From Trichinella spiralis (Eukaryota): a stretch of 64,000 bases of DNA. Below the pieces are notes generated by a model. The model saw nothing but the letters and a program-made list of their open reading frames with translations. It did no database searches and was not told the DNA's origin. Position numbers and translations under genes: made by a program. Positions 53,445 to 64,000 of the stretch are shown here, in pieces; the first letter of the stretch is position 1; each line of letters begins with the position of its first letter. The stretch spans positions 684,487 to 748,486 of the forward strand of contig NW_003526943.1 in assembly GCF_000181795.1 (NCBI RefSeq). Direction: 5' to 3'.

Positions 53445-54542
53445 ATCGTAGAATTTTATCGAATTCTTTTAAGTCATTAATTTATTTTTTGAATTTTTTA
53501 AAGAAAATTTTGTTTTGCTGATAAAGCGCTTTTCAACTGGTGCATTAAATTAGCTACTTACATTTTTTGGAAATTATTTAAGATTTATCTGAAATCTTAC
53601 TTTTTTCAGATCTTGAATAAAGCAATTATATTGTAACGAGTGGCTTCTCTGTTCAAGATTTTTGTATCTTCACGTTCTGTATTATCCAGTTTTATTCTAT
53701 TAATTATTATTGTTATTTAGTATTCAAAAAGAACTAATGTACGTTTCCTGTTAGAAATATACTTTATAAACGATAGATATTTAAATAAAATTTAACAATG
53801 CGAATAAATTCAAAATTTATGCAAAAGTATGCAAACGTTTTGAATGTATAAAAAGTGAATTCTTAGTAATATTTGTGTTGTATCATTCAAAATCTATAAA
53901 ATTCAAATGCATTCATTGCAAAAGTAAATCCACACTCTTTCTTCTCTCTGATTCTGTATTGATATTTCTGTTATATATTTTTCTTCAGCATTTCGTTATT
54001 AATATTATTCTTTAAGTAATCAAATCGGCTTTGTTCTAATCGAATAACACTGCTGCTAGAATCGACATGATTAAAATACTATAAAATAAGGCGTGATTAA
54101 TGTGATGCGTTAAATATACTTGAAAATCTTTAACTTACCATAACAGTGTGAACTGTTTATCAATTTAGTAAATTTTATTCGACGGATTAAATTGTATGTT
54201 TGCAGTAGTTGTATTTTTATGTTAGTATTTATGTGTGGCATAATGTATTGGGCGATGATATTTTTGTTTATAATTTGGTCATCCGATTTGACAATTTCAA
54301 TATCTGAATTTTTTTCCATCTTTTAAAATAGCAGTCAATTTTTCTGTATTTTTAAAGGAATGTAAATTTTGCAATTTTTTAATGTAAATTCATGTGAATT
54401 TCATTATAAAATATGCTAATAGCTGTTACTGGGATTTACATTATTTCTAATTTTAATGCATTTACAGCTCTTACAATATCAAAATTGAACATTACTCAAA
54501 ACTGAATTGTATACTTCTTATTTTAGAAAATTTGTAATCACA

Positions 54543-55658
54543 ATGACCGTATTGTCAAAAATAGTCGCGTTGAATAAGCTGGCCTGCTTGTCTTCTTTGA
54601 AGCTTACATTTTATGGTATTTTTCCTTTATTAGCGCAGTGTTCCTGTTAGCAGTTTGTGTTAATGAATTCACTATTAAATTCCAGTAAAATGTGTTTTTA
54701 TTTTTCTAATATTTATTGATTGAGGGTTTTCATAAAGGTTTGACTGATTTTTTTGATTGATTATGCAAAAGTTCACTTTTCGGTTTTAGATAATAAACGA
54801 AACAGTCATGAGAGAGTGTTTATGCTTCGTCCTGGTAAATTGAGATGGTATCGGTTTAAGGATATAGTGGTAGGTGTTTCTTATAATTTTATTTCGTGCC
54901 ATGGTACTATTTATGCCATTTTAGCATTTCTATTTTTTCATTGGTAGTGTGTTTTTTCTTGGTATTGCAACTTATGTGAATTTAATGTACGGTAAGTTGA
55001 TTTTGGTATTTTTGGTTTCTCCAAAATCATTCATGTCTGGGTGATTAATTTAATTTTTACATTTGTAATTCTCTAACTTTATCAACTGATTTGTTGTTTC
55101 AGGTTCTTGTGAATTTCGTGACATCCCTGAGGGTTACGAGCCACATTTTTGGGAATATGAAAAGGTATTGGTTGTAATGTCTGTTTTAGTTTATTCACTT
55201 AAACAATTTAGCATCCGATTTCTCAGTTTTTCATGAGATATTTTACGGTGAATCCACAGAAAATGTATGAAAAACGACTGGCTAAAATCAGTATAGAGAT
55301 GCAAAAACGACGTTGGATGTATGAAAAATATATATCTTGTTAAAATATTGAATATTATTTGTTAGATTTACCTGTTATTTTAACCTGTTAATTATAATTT
55401 TAATTCTGAAGCTATGTATCTTTTATTTTTAATGTAGCCTTTTAATATATAAGTAAAATAGCCGTTTTTATAACTTTAAACTAACTGGATTTTTATAAAT
55501 TTAGCCTAGAAGAGAAACGCGTGAAACATTTGATGTTTGAACGAGCTGATTACAAAGCCTGGTATTATATACCAATGAAAGCCAAGTGGACAGAACGAAA
55601 TCGATGGCATTTTGATCGATATAGAGATAACATAGAATATTTTCAACATGTTATTTGA
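54543..55658 (+). CDS. NDUFB5: NADH dehydrogenase 1 beta subcomplex subunit 5
   Basis: Not in the ORF track. Spliced translation has a mitochondrial leader, WYRFKD..HFYFFIG plus a TM segment, G..DIPEGYEPHFWEYEK|HPISQF..YEK and ERADYKAWYY. Confidence 0.88.
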
Positions 55659-56670
55659 AATACAAAATTTTCATGTTTAGCTTTATTACGAAAAAGCTGT
55701 CGTGTCTTATAGTTTTTACACAGCATGTAAAAGTATAATATATGTTCTGTGCAAGCAGTAAATTTCCGAAATGAAATTAGCATTGTGACAGAAACAAATC
55801 ATACAAATAATGAAGTAAATAATGAGAAATGAAAAGAGAATTAATGAATCTTAAAAAATTATTAGAACATAATCAAATAACAGTTAATATGGAATATAAA
55901 TTGTTGACATCAAACATCATGTGGCGGCAGATAGATGGCAACTGAGAAAATGTGAAAGTTGAAATTAACATTTTACTGCAGAAAAAAATGAATTACAAAT
56001 AACAGATAAATGAAAAATAGAAACGTGAAAGCAATTCAATAATAAAACAGTTAATCAATGCTAGAATTTTTACAATATAAATGTTTGCGGTGAGTAAAGC
56101 TAAAAAACGAACGTCTTGCTTAGAATTTGAATATGCAGTTGTCGTATACATCTGATATACAGAATATACATGTCAGCTTGGACTGATTGGCACTGTTAAC
56201 GGATGTTGACTTATATAAAGCAATAAAATCAAAATTTCCTTTTTTTCATGAATAGAACGCACTGATTTTTTCAACTGCATATATTTACTGTCACTTTTGA
56301 CAACTTTGTAATTTAGTTGCCATCTGCATTATTCTCATAATCAGCGTTTTCTGCTCAGCCAATAAGGTTTGGATGAAGTGAGAGTAATGTAGCCATAAAA
56401 TTGAAGCTAACTGTAAAATTTCATTTTATTGTTTGTTTTGTTAGCTCCTCATTTATTAAGATGATTACCTGCCATAAAATGTTTATTTAGCAAAATTTTA
56501 CAAGAAACAAAAATGGGGCACAGATTAATAAAAGTCATTTACCCAACACAACCACTAAGCCTATTATTAACATTTATTTCCAAAAAATTAGCAAACAAAA
56601 CTACACATAATTCCAGTTTGACAGCAAAATTACTGAATGATTCATTTTAGCAGTACAACTTTGCGTGTGG

Positions 56671-56736
56671 AAAAAGTGGTCAAGATTCGACACTGGGGGG
56701 ATTTCATGTTAAGTTAACCAGTGCCATCGGACCACC
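56671..56736 (-). ncRNA. Y RNA-like gene, copy 2 (intact)
   Basis: GGUGGUCCGAUGGCACUGGUUAACUUAACAUGAAAUCCCCCCAGUGUCGAAUCUUGACCACUUUUU. The 5' and 3' ends pair with a single bulged C, followed by an internal loop, the upper stem GGCACUGG/CCAGUGUC, a loop with a C-run and a T5 terminator. Confidence 0.85.
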
Positions 56737-56759
56737 GATTGTATGTTTTTCAAAAGTAC

Positions 56760-56802
56760 TATTAAAAGAGTCTTTGATAAATACGAATGTTCAATTGGGT
56801 TT
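56760..56802 (-). promoter_or_regulatory. Putative type-3 Pol III promoter of Y RNA-like copy 2
   Basis: TTTTAATA at -31 to -24 and AAACCCAATTGAACATTCGTATTTA at about -66 to -42. Confidence 0.6.
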
Positions 56803-56974
56803 AAAAGAAATGAATTTATAAAATATAATTGCATAATTAATATTATTTAAAAATATTCAACATAATAAAATTGAAAAATGAATATTTTTAAATATAATAT
56901 TCATTATTTTTATTATAAACTTCTCACAAACAAGATAAAAATTTTCACTAAATCACTGCAACAATGAAATAAAT

Positions 56975-58460
56975 TGTCGTGGATTATAACGATCAGCCAG
57001 AAAAAAGAGAGAAAGAGAGTCGGTGCGCATCATAGGAAAATAGACAACAATAATATTATTAGTTAAAATAAGGATAATGTAGGTGAGGGCACTCAGGTAC
57101 ATTGCGTACTATTGTCCCTATACACTCCCACTCAAAAATCAGGTAATTTTTGAAACGGTAGGTGGAAAATGACACGCTTTCGTTCTGGGCGGCCGGTGTT
57201 GGGTTGACGTGGTTGGATATGATGAACGTCAGCTTCGTTCTGCTGATGGCGACCTGGGAGATGACTCCTTCGTTGTCGATGGTGATCACCTTGTCAGACC
57301 TGTCAAGCACTCTGTACGGACCAGAGTGGAATGGCGCCAAGCTGTTTGTCCTGTTGGTCTCTTGCACAGAAACATGGCTGTACAAATGGGTTCTAGACGC
57401 CATGCCTTTGCCTCGTTGGCCGGAAATGGCGCATCGCCGTTCTGAGTGCCTCTGCGAACGCCGACGGGTCGCTGCAAGAGGTGGTGCGTCGCCCACGAAG
57501 AAATCGGCGGGTAAGCGCAAGACCGAGCCGTACAACACTTCCGTTGTCAAGCAGTTGATGTCTTCTTTTAACGCCGTTCCCAACAATTATCCCCATATTT
57601 CCAACAATACCAGCGGTAGTATCGTCGTCCACTTGACCCCGGCGCTGTGCATGTCAGCAATCAGGGATGCCTTGGGGTGGCGGTGGAACCGCTCTATGAT
57701 GCCATTGGCTTGCGGGTGATAGGAGGAGGCCGAGATGTGTTGGCAGCTCAGCATTTTGCTGAGTGGGGACCATGTATGCGAGCAGAACTGCCGATCTCTG
57801 TATGGAATGTTGAACAGCTTTATCAATCACTACTATTTCTTGTTGATAACTATTATCCATTTCTTGCACCGCCGCATACAGCGCCTTTGATCGCATGTCT
57901 TCTGCCATCTGCGACAAATATCCTCTCATGTCAGAACCTAACGTGATCGGACCATATAAACTATCCAGGCCTACACCACGTGGATGACCAACTTCGAGCT
58001 GGTGGCATCTTAAATTAATTTTTTAAATTTGATAATCACAATTAAAAATTAAATGAGTATTAAAATGAGAGGCTGGCATTATGTTGGACGGATGGCACCA
58101 CACTTAACACGTTGGCCGTCGCTGGTCTTGGGTGGGCCGTTGGGGATAAGAAGCGGCGTCGGTGGTCAGCTGCCGGCTGGTCGTGGCATTGTATGAACTC
58201 ATCGTCGATTCGGCATCACGATCTCCAATTCACATATGGCCAACACGTGTTCCCAGTCAACTGTCAGGTTTTGATGAATAGAAATGAAGCAACTGTAGCG
58301 CTCATTGCTTTATCTTCTGTCTCACGCCCACGAATAAAATGATGCAATCGTAACGCCTTTTGCAACATCTAATTCGCTGAACGCATGGTGGAGCTCTGGC
58401 AAGGTAACTGATTTGGATGATTAGTTGCGCGAGTTTTGAAATGAGATGACAGCTTATGCC
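56975..58460 (-). mobile_element. Degenerate Ty3/gypsy LTR retrotransposon (integrase remnant plus 3' LTR)
   Basis: Integrase motifs SYHPQANGIIERFHR, WTTILPLVLL, LYGSVLRLP and GPYRV. Polypurine tract GAGTGGGAG (57133-57125) is followed by a TGT...ACA LTR (57124-56975). RT/RNaseH appears deleted. The 5' boundary is approximate. Confidence 0.88.
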
Positions 58461-59472
58461 TATGCTATTCCGACACACCCAGGAGTCTAAGAATAGGATG
58501 GAATTTCAAAGAAAATTTTGCTGTAATTTTTATAATTATTACTGTTTCAGTTTTTTTCGTATTATTTTTTAATAACTCTGCTAGTCTGCTTTCTTGGTTG
58601 TGGTGTTCTTGTTTCTTGGTTGTCTCTTTGGTTGTGGGTGTGACAATTCTATTATACAACAGTATTTTTAAAACTTTTAATTGTTATATGAATTAATTTT
58701 ATAGAATTCGTTAAATTCAATGTTTTGTAATATTTCGAATTTCTTTCAAAAATATTTGGAAGTTAATAAAGCACTTTTTACTTTGTGCATTAAATTCACT
58801 ACTTTGATTTCTTAGTTAAATCATTTACGATTTATCTGCCATTTTTCTAAAGATATTGAATAAAGCAATATTATTGCAACGAATGACTTTCTGCTTCTAT
58901 TATTTTCGTCATTTTTCTTTCTTCTTCCTTGACATTCACTACCTAACTTTACTTTTCTACGGTAGTTATTTATTTTCTTCATCATGTTACTTTTTTAATT
59001 ATTGCTATAATTCATTTATTTTAAAGCAACCATATGTTTTATATTAAACCTTTCCTTTTTAAGCAAAAGTTTTTTTAATTAAGCAAGCAAATAATGCAAA
59101 ACGTATTCAAAAATATTGCAAATTCTATGTGCACAAACAATAATTTTAAATAATATTTTAAAATAAATTTATTAAAATATCATTTTATTTTATTTTATTT
59201 TATTTTATTAATAACTATATAATGTTTTAAATTATTTTAAAACTGACTTTTCAATACCCCAAATTAAAACCTGTGCAACATTTAAAATGCTTGAAAATCT
59301 TTAATTGGAGTATACAGTATGGCATCTTTCTGTCAATTTGTCAATATCAGTCAATTTTGGTCATCTTACCATTTTTTTTGTTTTCTTTGCTTTTTCCTAT
59401 AGCGAATTATTTATAATTTTAAATTATTTTTCTGCATATTACAGTTTTTGGCATATTATTATTATCATCCCG

Positions 59473-61914
59473 ATGAACTCCAGAATGCTGCCGGATTTGG
59501 CGTCGTCAAGTAATGATATACTTGACTTGGAAAAGCTGGACTCTGACGGCGATGCATCCATCTGGTATTCAGTCTTTAGAGATAGTCTGTTATGATTTAT
59601 TTCACTAAATAATATTTTATATATTTAATTTGCTTTTTTCTTTATGAATCAGCTGATGTTTTTATTACTTCCATTAAGACCCTTTGCGTTATTATAGGTT
59701 GACATCAAACGGTGTTGATTTGAAAAACACTGAAGACGCCATATGGCGCTCGAAGGAGAACGAAGCGTATGCTAATTCTAAGTTAATGCTGTCAAAGAGA
59801 ATTGATTCATATCTGAAAAGTAATTTTAATCAAATTTATTTGAATTCTGTTCTATGAAGTTGCAATAATGTAGACAAAGCTCATTTTCCTAAAACTCCTA
59901 CGTCTAAAAATGGTGTTTTGCACTCTACATCGGGTATTTTTGTTTTATACCGAGTTGCCATCTTGAAAGTGAAATTATTTTTAATTTACAGATGATTTGA
60001 ATATTTTTAACCCGGTGGGTACCGAGGCAGATGGTTTGTCAATGGAGAACGGATTTAAAATGTTTGCCAAATGTAGAAGAAGTAAGACATTTAAAAAACT
60101 CTTTTTGTGATTTGTTTTTAACTTTTTGATATTTCATTATCTTTTTTAGATTTTGATTAAACATAGTCTAAAATTATTTTTTAATTAGAGTTTAATGATT
60201 TCATTAAAATAGTATTGCTCTCATAAAAATGTAATTTTTGCACTTCAGTAATATAGTGGTTTTGCTTAATATTCTGTAGGAGGTAGTTGCAGGCTTCATT
60301 TTATCGGTGAATGAAATTACATTTTCAGTTTATTTATTTATTTATAATATTTTTAATCCAATCATTTATTTATTTTTACGTTTCTTTTACATTTAATAAG
60401 TTAATATATCTAATTAATGGTAATGGATTTTCTATTCTTATTTACTGGATAATATTTATCTTTATATAAAACGTTTGAAATAGATTACATAATGCTTGTT
60501 TTTCTTAGAGAAAACAGACATTTAAAAAATATTGTAATGCTTTAAAATTTTTATTTAGCTGATGTAGCGTCAGATGGGAAGACCAAAGCAGTTTGCAATG
60601 ACAGTGCAAGTGTTGATTTGAACAAACAGGATTCGAATTTTCCCATTCAGCAGAACTGTGATTCTGGCTTAGGATTAGGATCACCACATGAAGATAATGA
60701 TTCGCAATTACCGAGTCCATCATCTGATAGTTCTTTCAGTGGCAAGATTGGGATATCGACTAATTTAAAAGATGTTCAATTATTGGCAAGCATGCAAGAA
60801 GACGGTATTGTATAATACTTGCATATAGCAATTATTTGCATTTTTTCTAATTAATTTTTAAACATTAAAATTACAGATCCTATTATGCATAATTGTAATG
60901 TCTTGTACTTTTTTTCAATTTTTTCTCAACGATTGAGTTACTTCGTATGCATGTATAACATTTTTGTGATTTTCCAACTCCATTATTTATCGATATTGTT
61001 ATTTTAAATGTTATTTCTATACTTGTATAATTGTATCATTTAAAATTAATCCGTAAAAATGATTCTCATGAAGCTATATATTTTATACAATTTAAACTTT
61101 TATTTTAGACTTGCGACAATGCTTTGAAAATTTGAAACTTCCACATCATCGTAACGTCTTGACAGATCAGCCGCGTGCTCCGGCTGCTTCGGTTGGCCGA
61201 TATCAACAAGCGAAAGATAGAAAAGGTTATGCTTGTCCAAAATATAGTACTCTTGGTTTTGAACGAAGACTGCCAGCTTTGCCCCGTGATATACCTTCAA
61301 AGATGACATCCGGTAAAGTTGCCCGTGGTATTTCTACTACTTCCCGAGCAGTGCCGTTGAAATGTACTAATAGGATGCGTTCAAGTCCGAAATGTAACTA
61401 GCATCAAACTACATGTGCTGCTCTTTTTTTTCATGTTTATGCAAATTATTTTTATTTTATATAGTTACGGGATTGCAGAAGAGCATGCCTGACTTGAGCG
61501 CTGGCTGCTCTGAACAAATGATCAATCCGTCTGTTCCAGAACTCGCAATTTCGGTGAAGGATGTTGGAATTCCAAAACTTTGCTTGCCAGTAAGTGCAGA
61601 AAAATTTTTTTAATAAACGGCATTTTACTTTTCGACAGATAATATTTTGTATTTAATCAATTAGCAACGAGCTGCCAGCACTCCGCTTTCCAAACTACCT
61701 CGGTTACACCGTACACCGGTGCGTACCGGTGCTATTCCTGTATTGCAGCTTCAACCGTCTCCATTATTGATTAATAAAAAGTTCAATTTTATGCTTATTA
61801 TTTTATCATTGAATTTTATTTATTTAGTTAGTTGTTTATTTTAGGAAAATGTCTGCAGAATCTAGTAATGAACGGCCTGACTGCAAAAGCAGCTGGAAAG
61901 ATGGTTGCTTTTGA
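59473..61914 (+). CDS. SLAIN: SLAIN-like microtubule plus-end tracking protein
   Basis: DILDLEKL..DASIW|L, NLKDVQLLASMQED..LRQ (like SLAIN DVQIMARLQEESLRQ), an S/P/basic low-complexity region with SKLP, and C-terminal SWKDGCF* (like SLAIN WKDGCY). Confidence 0.75.
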
Positions 61915-62350
61915 AGAAGTTGCTTTCTTTTTTTCATGCATTATCATTATTATTACTTAATTAGGCTTTGGAATCTCAAAACTGATCTGCTTTTACGTTC
62001 ATAAAGTATTGTCTAATTTGCTTTTTGTTCTGGCTCAAGGCTTTATTTATTTTCCGAGTTTTGCTTATTTATTATTATTCGTCTTCCATTAATATATATT
62101 AATATTATCCAACTGCAGAATCAATCATCCGGTTTTATATATCATTCGTATATATATATAATAGATGAATGTTTCTAAGTTTTTCTTGCACAAACTTTCA
62201 TTAACTTAGGACTGACGCTCAAAAATCACTTTGTTGTTGCTGTTGTTGTTGTTACTTGAATTCATTTAATGAACTAAGCATTATTATTAATAACGAACGT
62301 TTGAGATTTATTTGAAAAAAATTAATAAAATATAAATAACAAAAAATAAC

Positions 62351-64000
62351 TTAAATTTGCATGTCATCATCCATAGAATCAGAAGAAAGCAAGCCTTGCT
62401 GCAGTGTTGGTTCGCAAGTGTGGCTGGTATTGTTTTGATCAACGCTTCGAATTAATGACAAAATTTTCGACTGAATACTTGCACTTGGTGATCGTTTTTT
62501 CCTCGGCTTAAATTCTTCCAATCCTCGATGCACCTCAATTGAACCGTAATGGGCAGAACGTAGTCGACCGATGTGATTAGCAAAATCTGCCGTTGTTAAA
62601 CTTTCCACAGTCGGCTTGTTGTAAAGCTTCAACATCAACGATGAAGTAACGACACTAACTGAAGACAACGCCATCGCCGCTGCTGCCATCCAAGGTTGCA
62701 AACCAAATCCAATTGTACGAAATGCGCCTTCAAATTCAAATACAAATTCATACATACATACATTCTTACACGAACATACATACAGAAATGTAAAGTTTAT
62801 TATTAAACTAAAAAAATTACTTATATTAATCATATTTTACAGTTTCTCCAATAAAAACTAATCCAAGAAGAACAATTAATTAATTACCAGCAGCAACAGG
62901 AATACTCAACAAATTGTAGATAGATGCAAATAAAAAATTGATCCATATTCGTCGGGTAGTTTTCTGTGATAAATCAATTGCTGCAACTACATCTAACAGA
63001 TTGTTCTTAAAATAAATTTTTTTTTCATTTTATTATTATTCAACTTTGGCACATCAGTAAAAAAGTAATAAAATGAAAATACCTTAATTAAAACAATGCT
63101 CGCAGATTCTATAGCAACATCCGCACCGGCAGCTATTGCAATGCCAACATCTGCTGCAGCCAGTGCTGGACTATCATTGATTCCATCACCAACCATGGCC
63201 ACCTGATAAATGTAAAATTAGAAAAAAAGTAATAACCTCAAGATTCAAAAAAATCTACCTATTAAAAAACATTCCAAATAAGTGCAAACAAATTTACCGA
63301 GCTGAATTCTACTTATTAATTTAACAATAGCAAAATTATTTTATTTTATTCAAAATAGCTACAATTCAACTAGGTGTAAAATATTATATACAAATAGAAA
63401 CTTACCACTTCATTGCGCCTTTGCAACTGCTCTACTTTAATTTTCTTGTGATTTGGAAGAACCTCTGCAAAAACCACTGATATCCCTATCTAAATGAACC
63501 ATAATGAATCTCACACTGATTCTTCAATTTAACAATACTGTTTTAATAGGGAACATGTCTAAATACTTCATCACACATAAAACACAAATTACCAACTGCT
63601 TCAAAGCATTTCATTTCAAATTATCACAGAACATTTTTTAAAAAAATATTAAAATTGCATGAAATACCTGCTTTGCCGTTGCAGCGGCTGTTCTACAGTT
63701 GTCACCAGTTAACAAAATAGTTTTCAATCCCATCTTCTGTAAACTGTAAACCGCTAAAGCGGATTCCGCTTTAACGCAATCGGCAACGGAGAATACACTG
63801 ACAACTTTTCCTAGAAATACATACATATATAACATATTACATTGCATCGAATAAAAGATTTGACAAACCGTTTATTGCTACCAAGACAGCTATTCGACCC
63901 ATTTGTTCCTCTGAAGACATCACCCCGTCTACTTCATTTGTAATCTGTATACCGTGTTTGTCAAGCCATTTTCGATTACCAATTAAAACTTCCCATTCTC
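62351..64000 (-). CDS. ATP7: Copper-transporting P1B-ATPase, 3' part (continues beyond window)
   Basis: [51 protein letters not shown] and [18 protein letters not shown], with a C-terminal dileucine. Confidence 0.95.

Overview
AT-rich, intron-dense eukaryotic DNA. Gene content, short introns and FLYWCH/MULE and piggyBac remnants suggest a clade I nematode, probably Trichinella (inference). From left to right: a luqin/RYamide neuropeptide precursor missed by the ORF track; an antistasin-like Cys-rich gene with a decayed tandem copy; four tandem secreted 4xPAN/apple-domain genes; a piggyBac relic; a divergent Rab18-like GTPase with a natural Q-to-L switch II; NIFK; a MULE relic; a divergent RPC1/POLR3A with a 3.5-kb terminal exon; CCDC47; MED8; a nucleotide-sugar transporter; NDUFB5; a gypsy relic; a SLAIN-like gene; and the 3' part of a Cu-ATPase. 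The top finding is two ~65-nt minus-strand ncRNA genes (36390-36453 and 56671-56736). They carry the Ro60-binding bulged helix of Y RNAs, a structure-preserving upper stem and TATA/PSE-like upstream elements, and one copy ends in a T5 Pol III terminator. Exon structures were assembled by eye.
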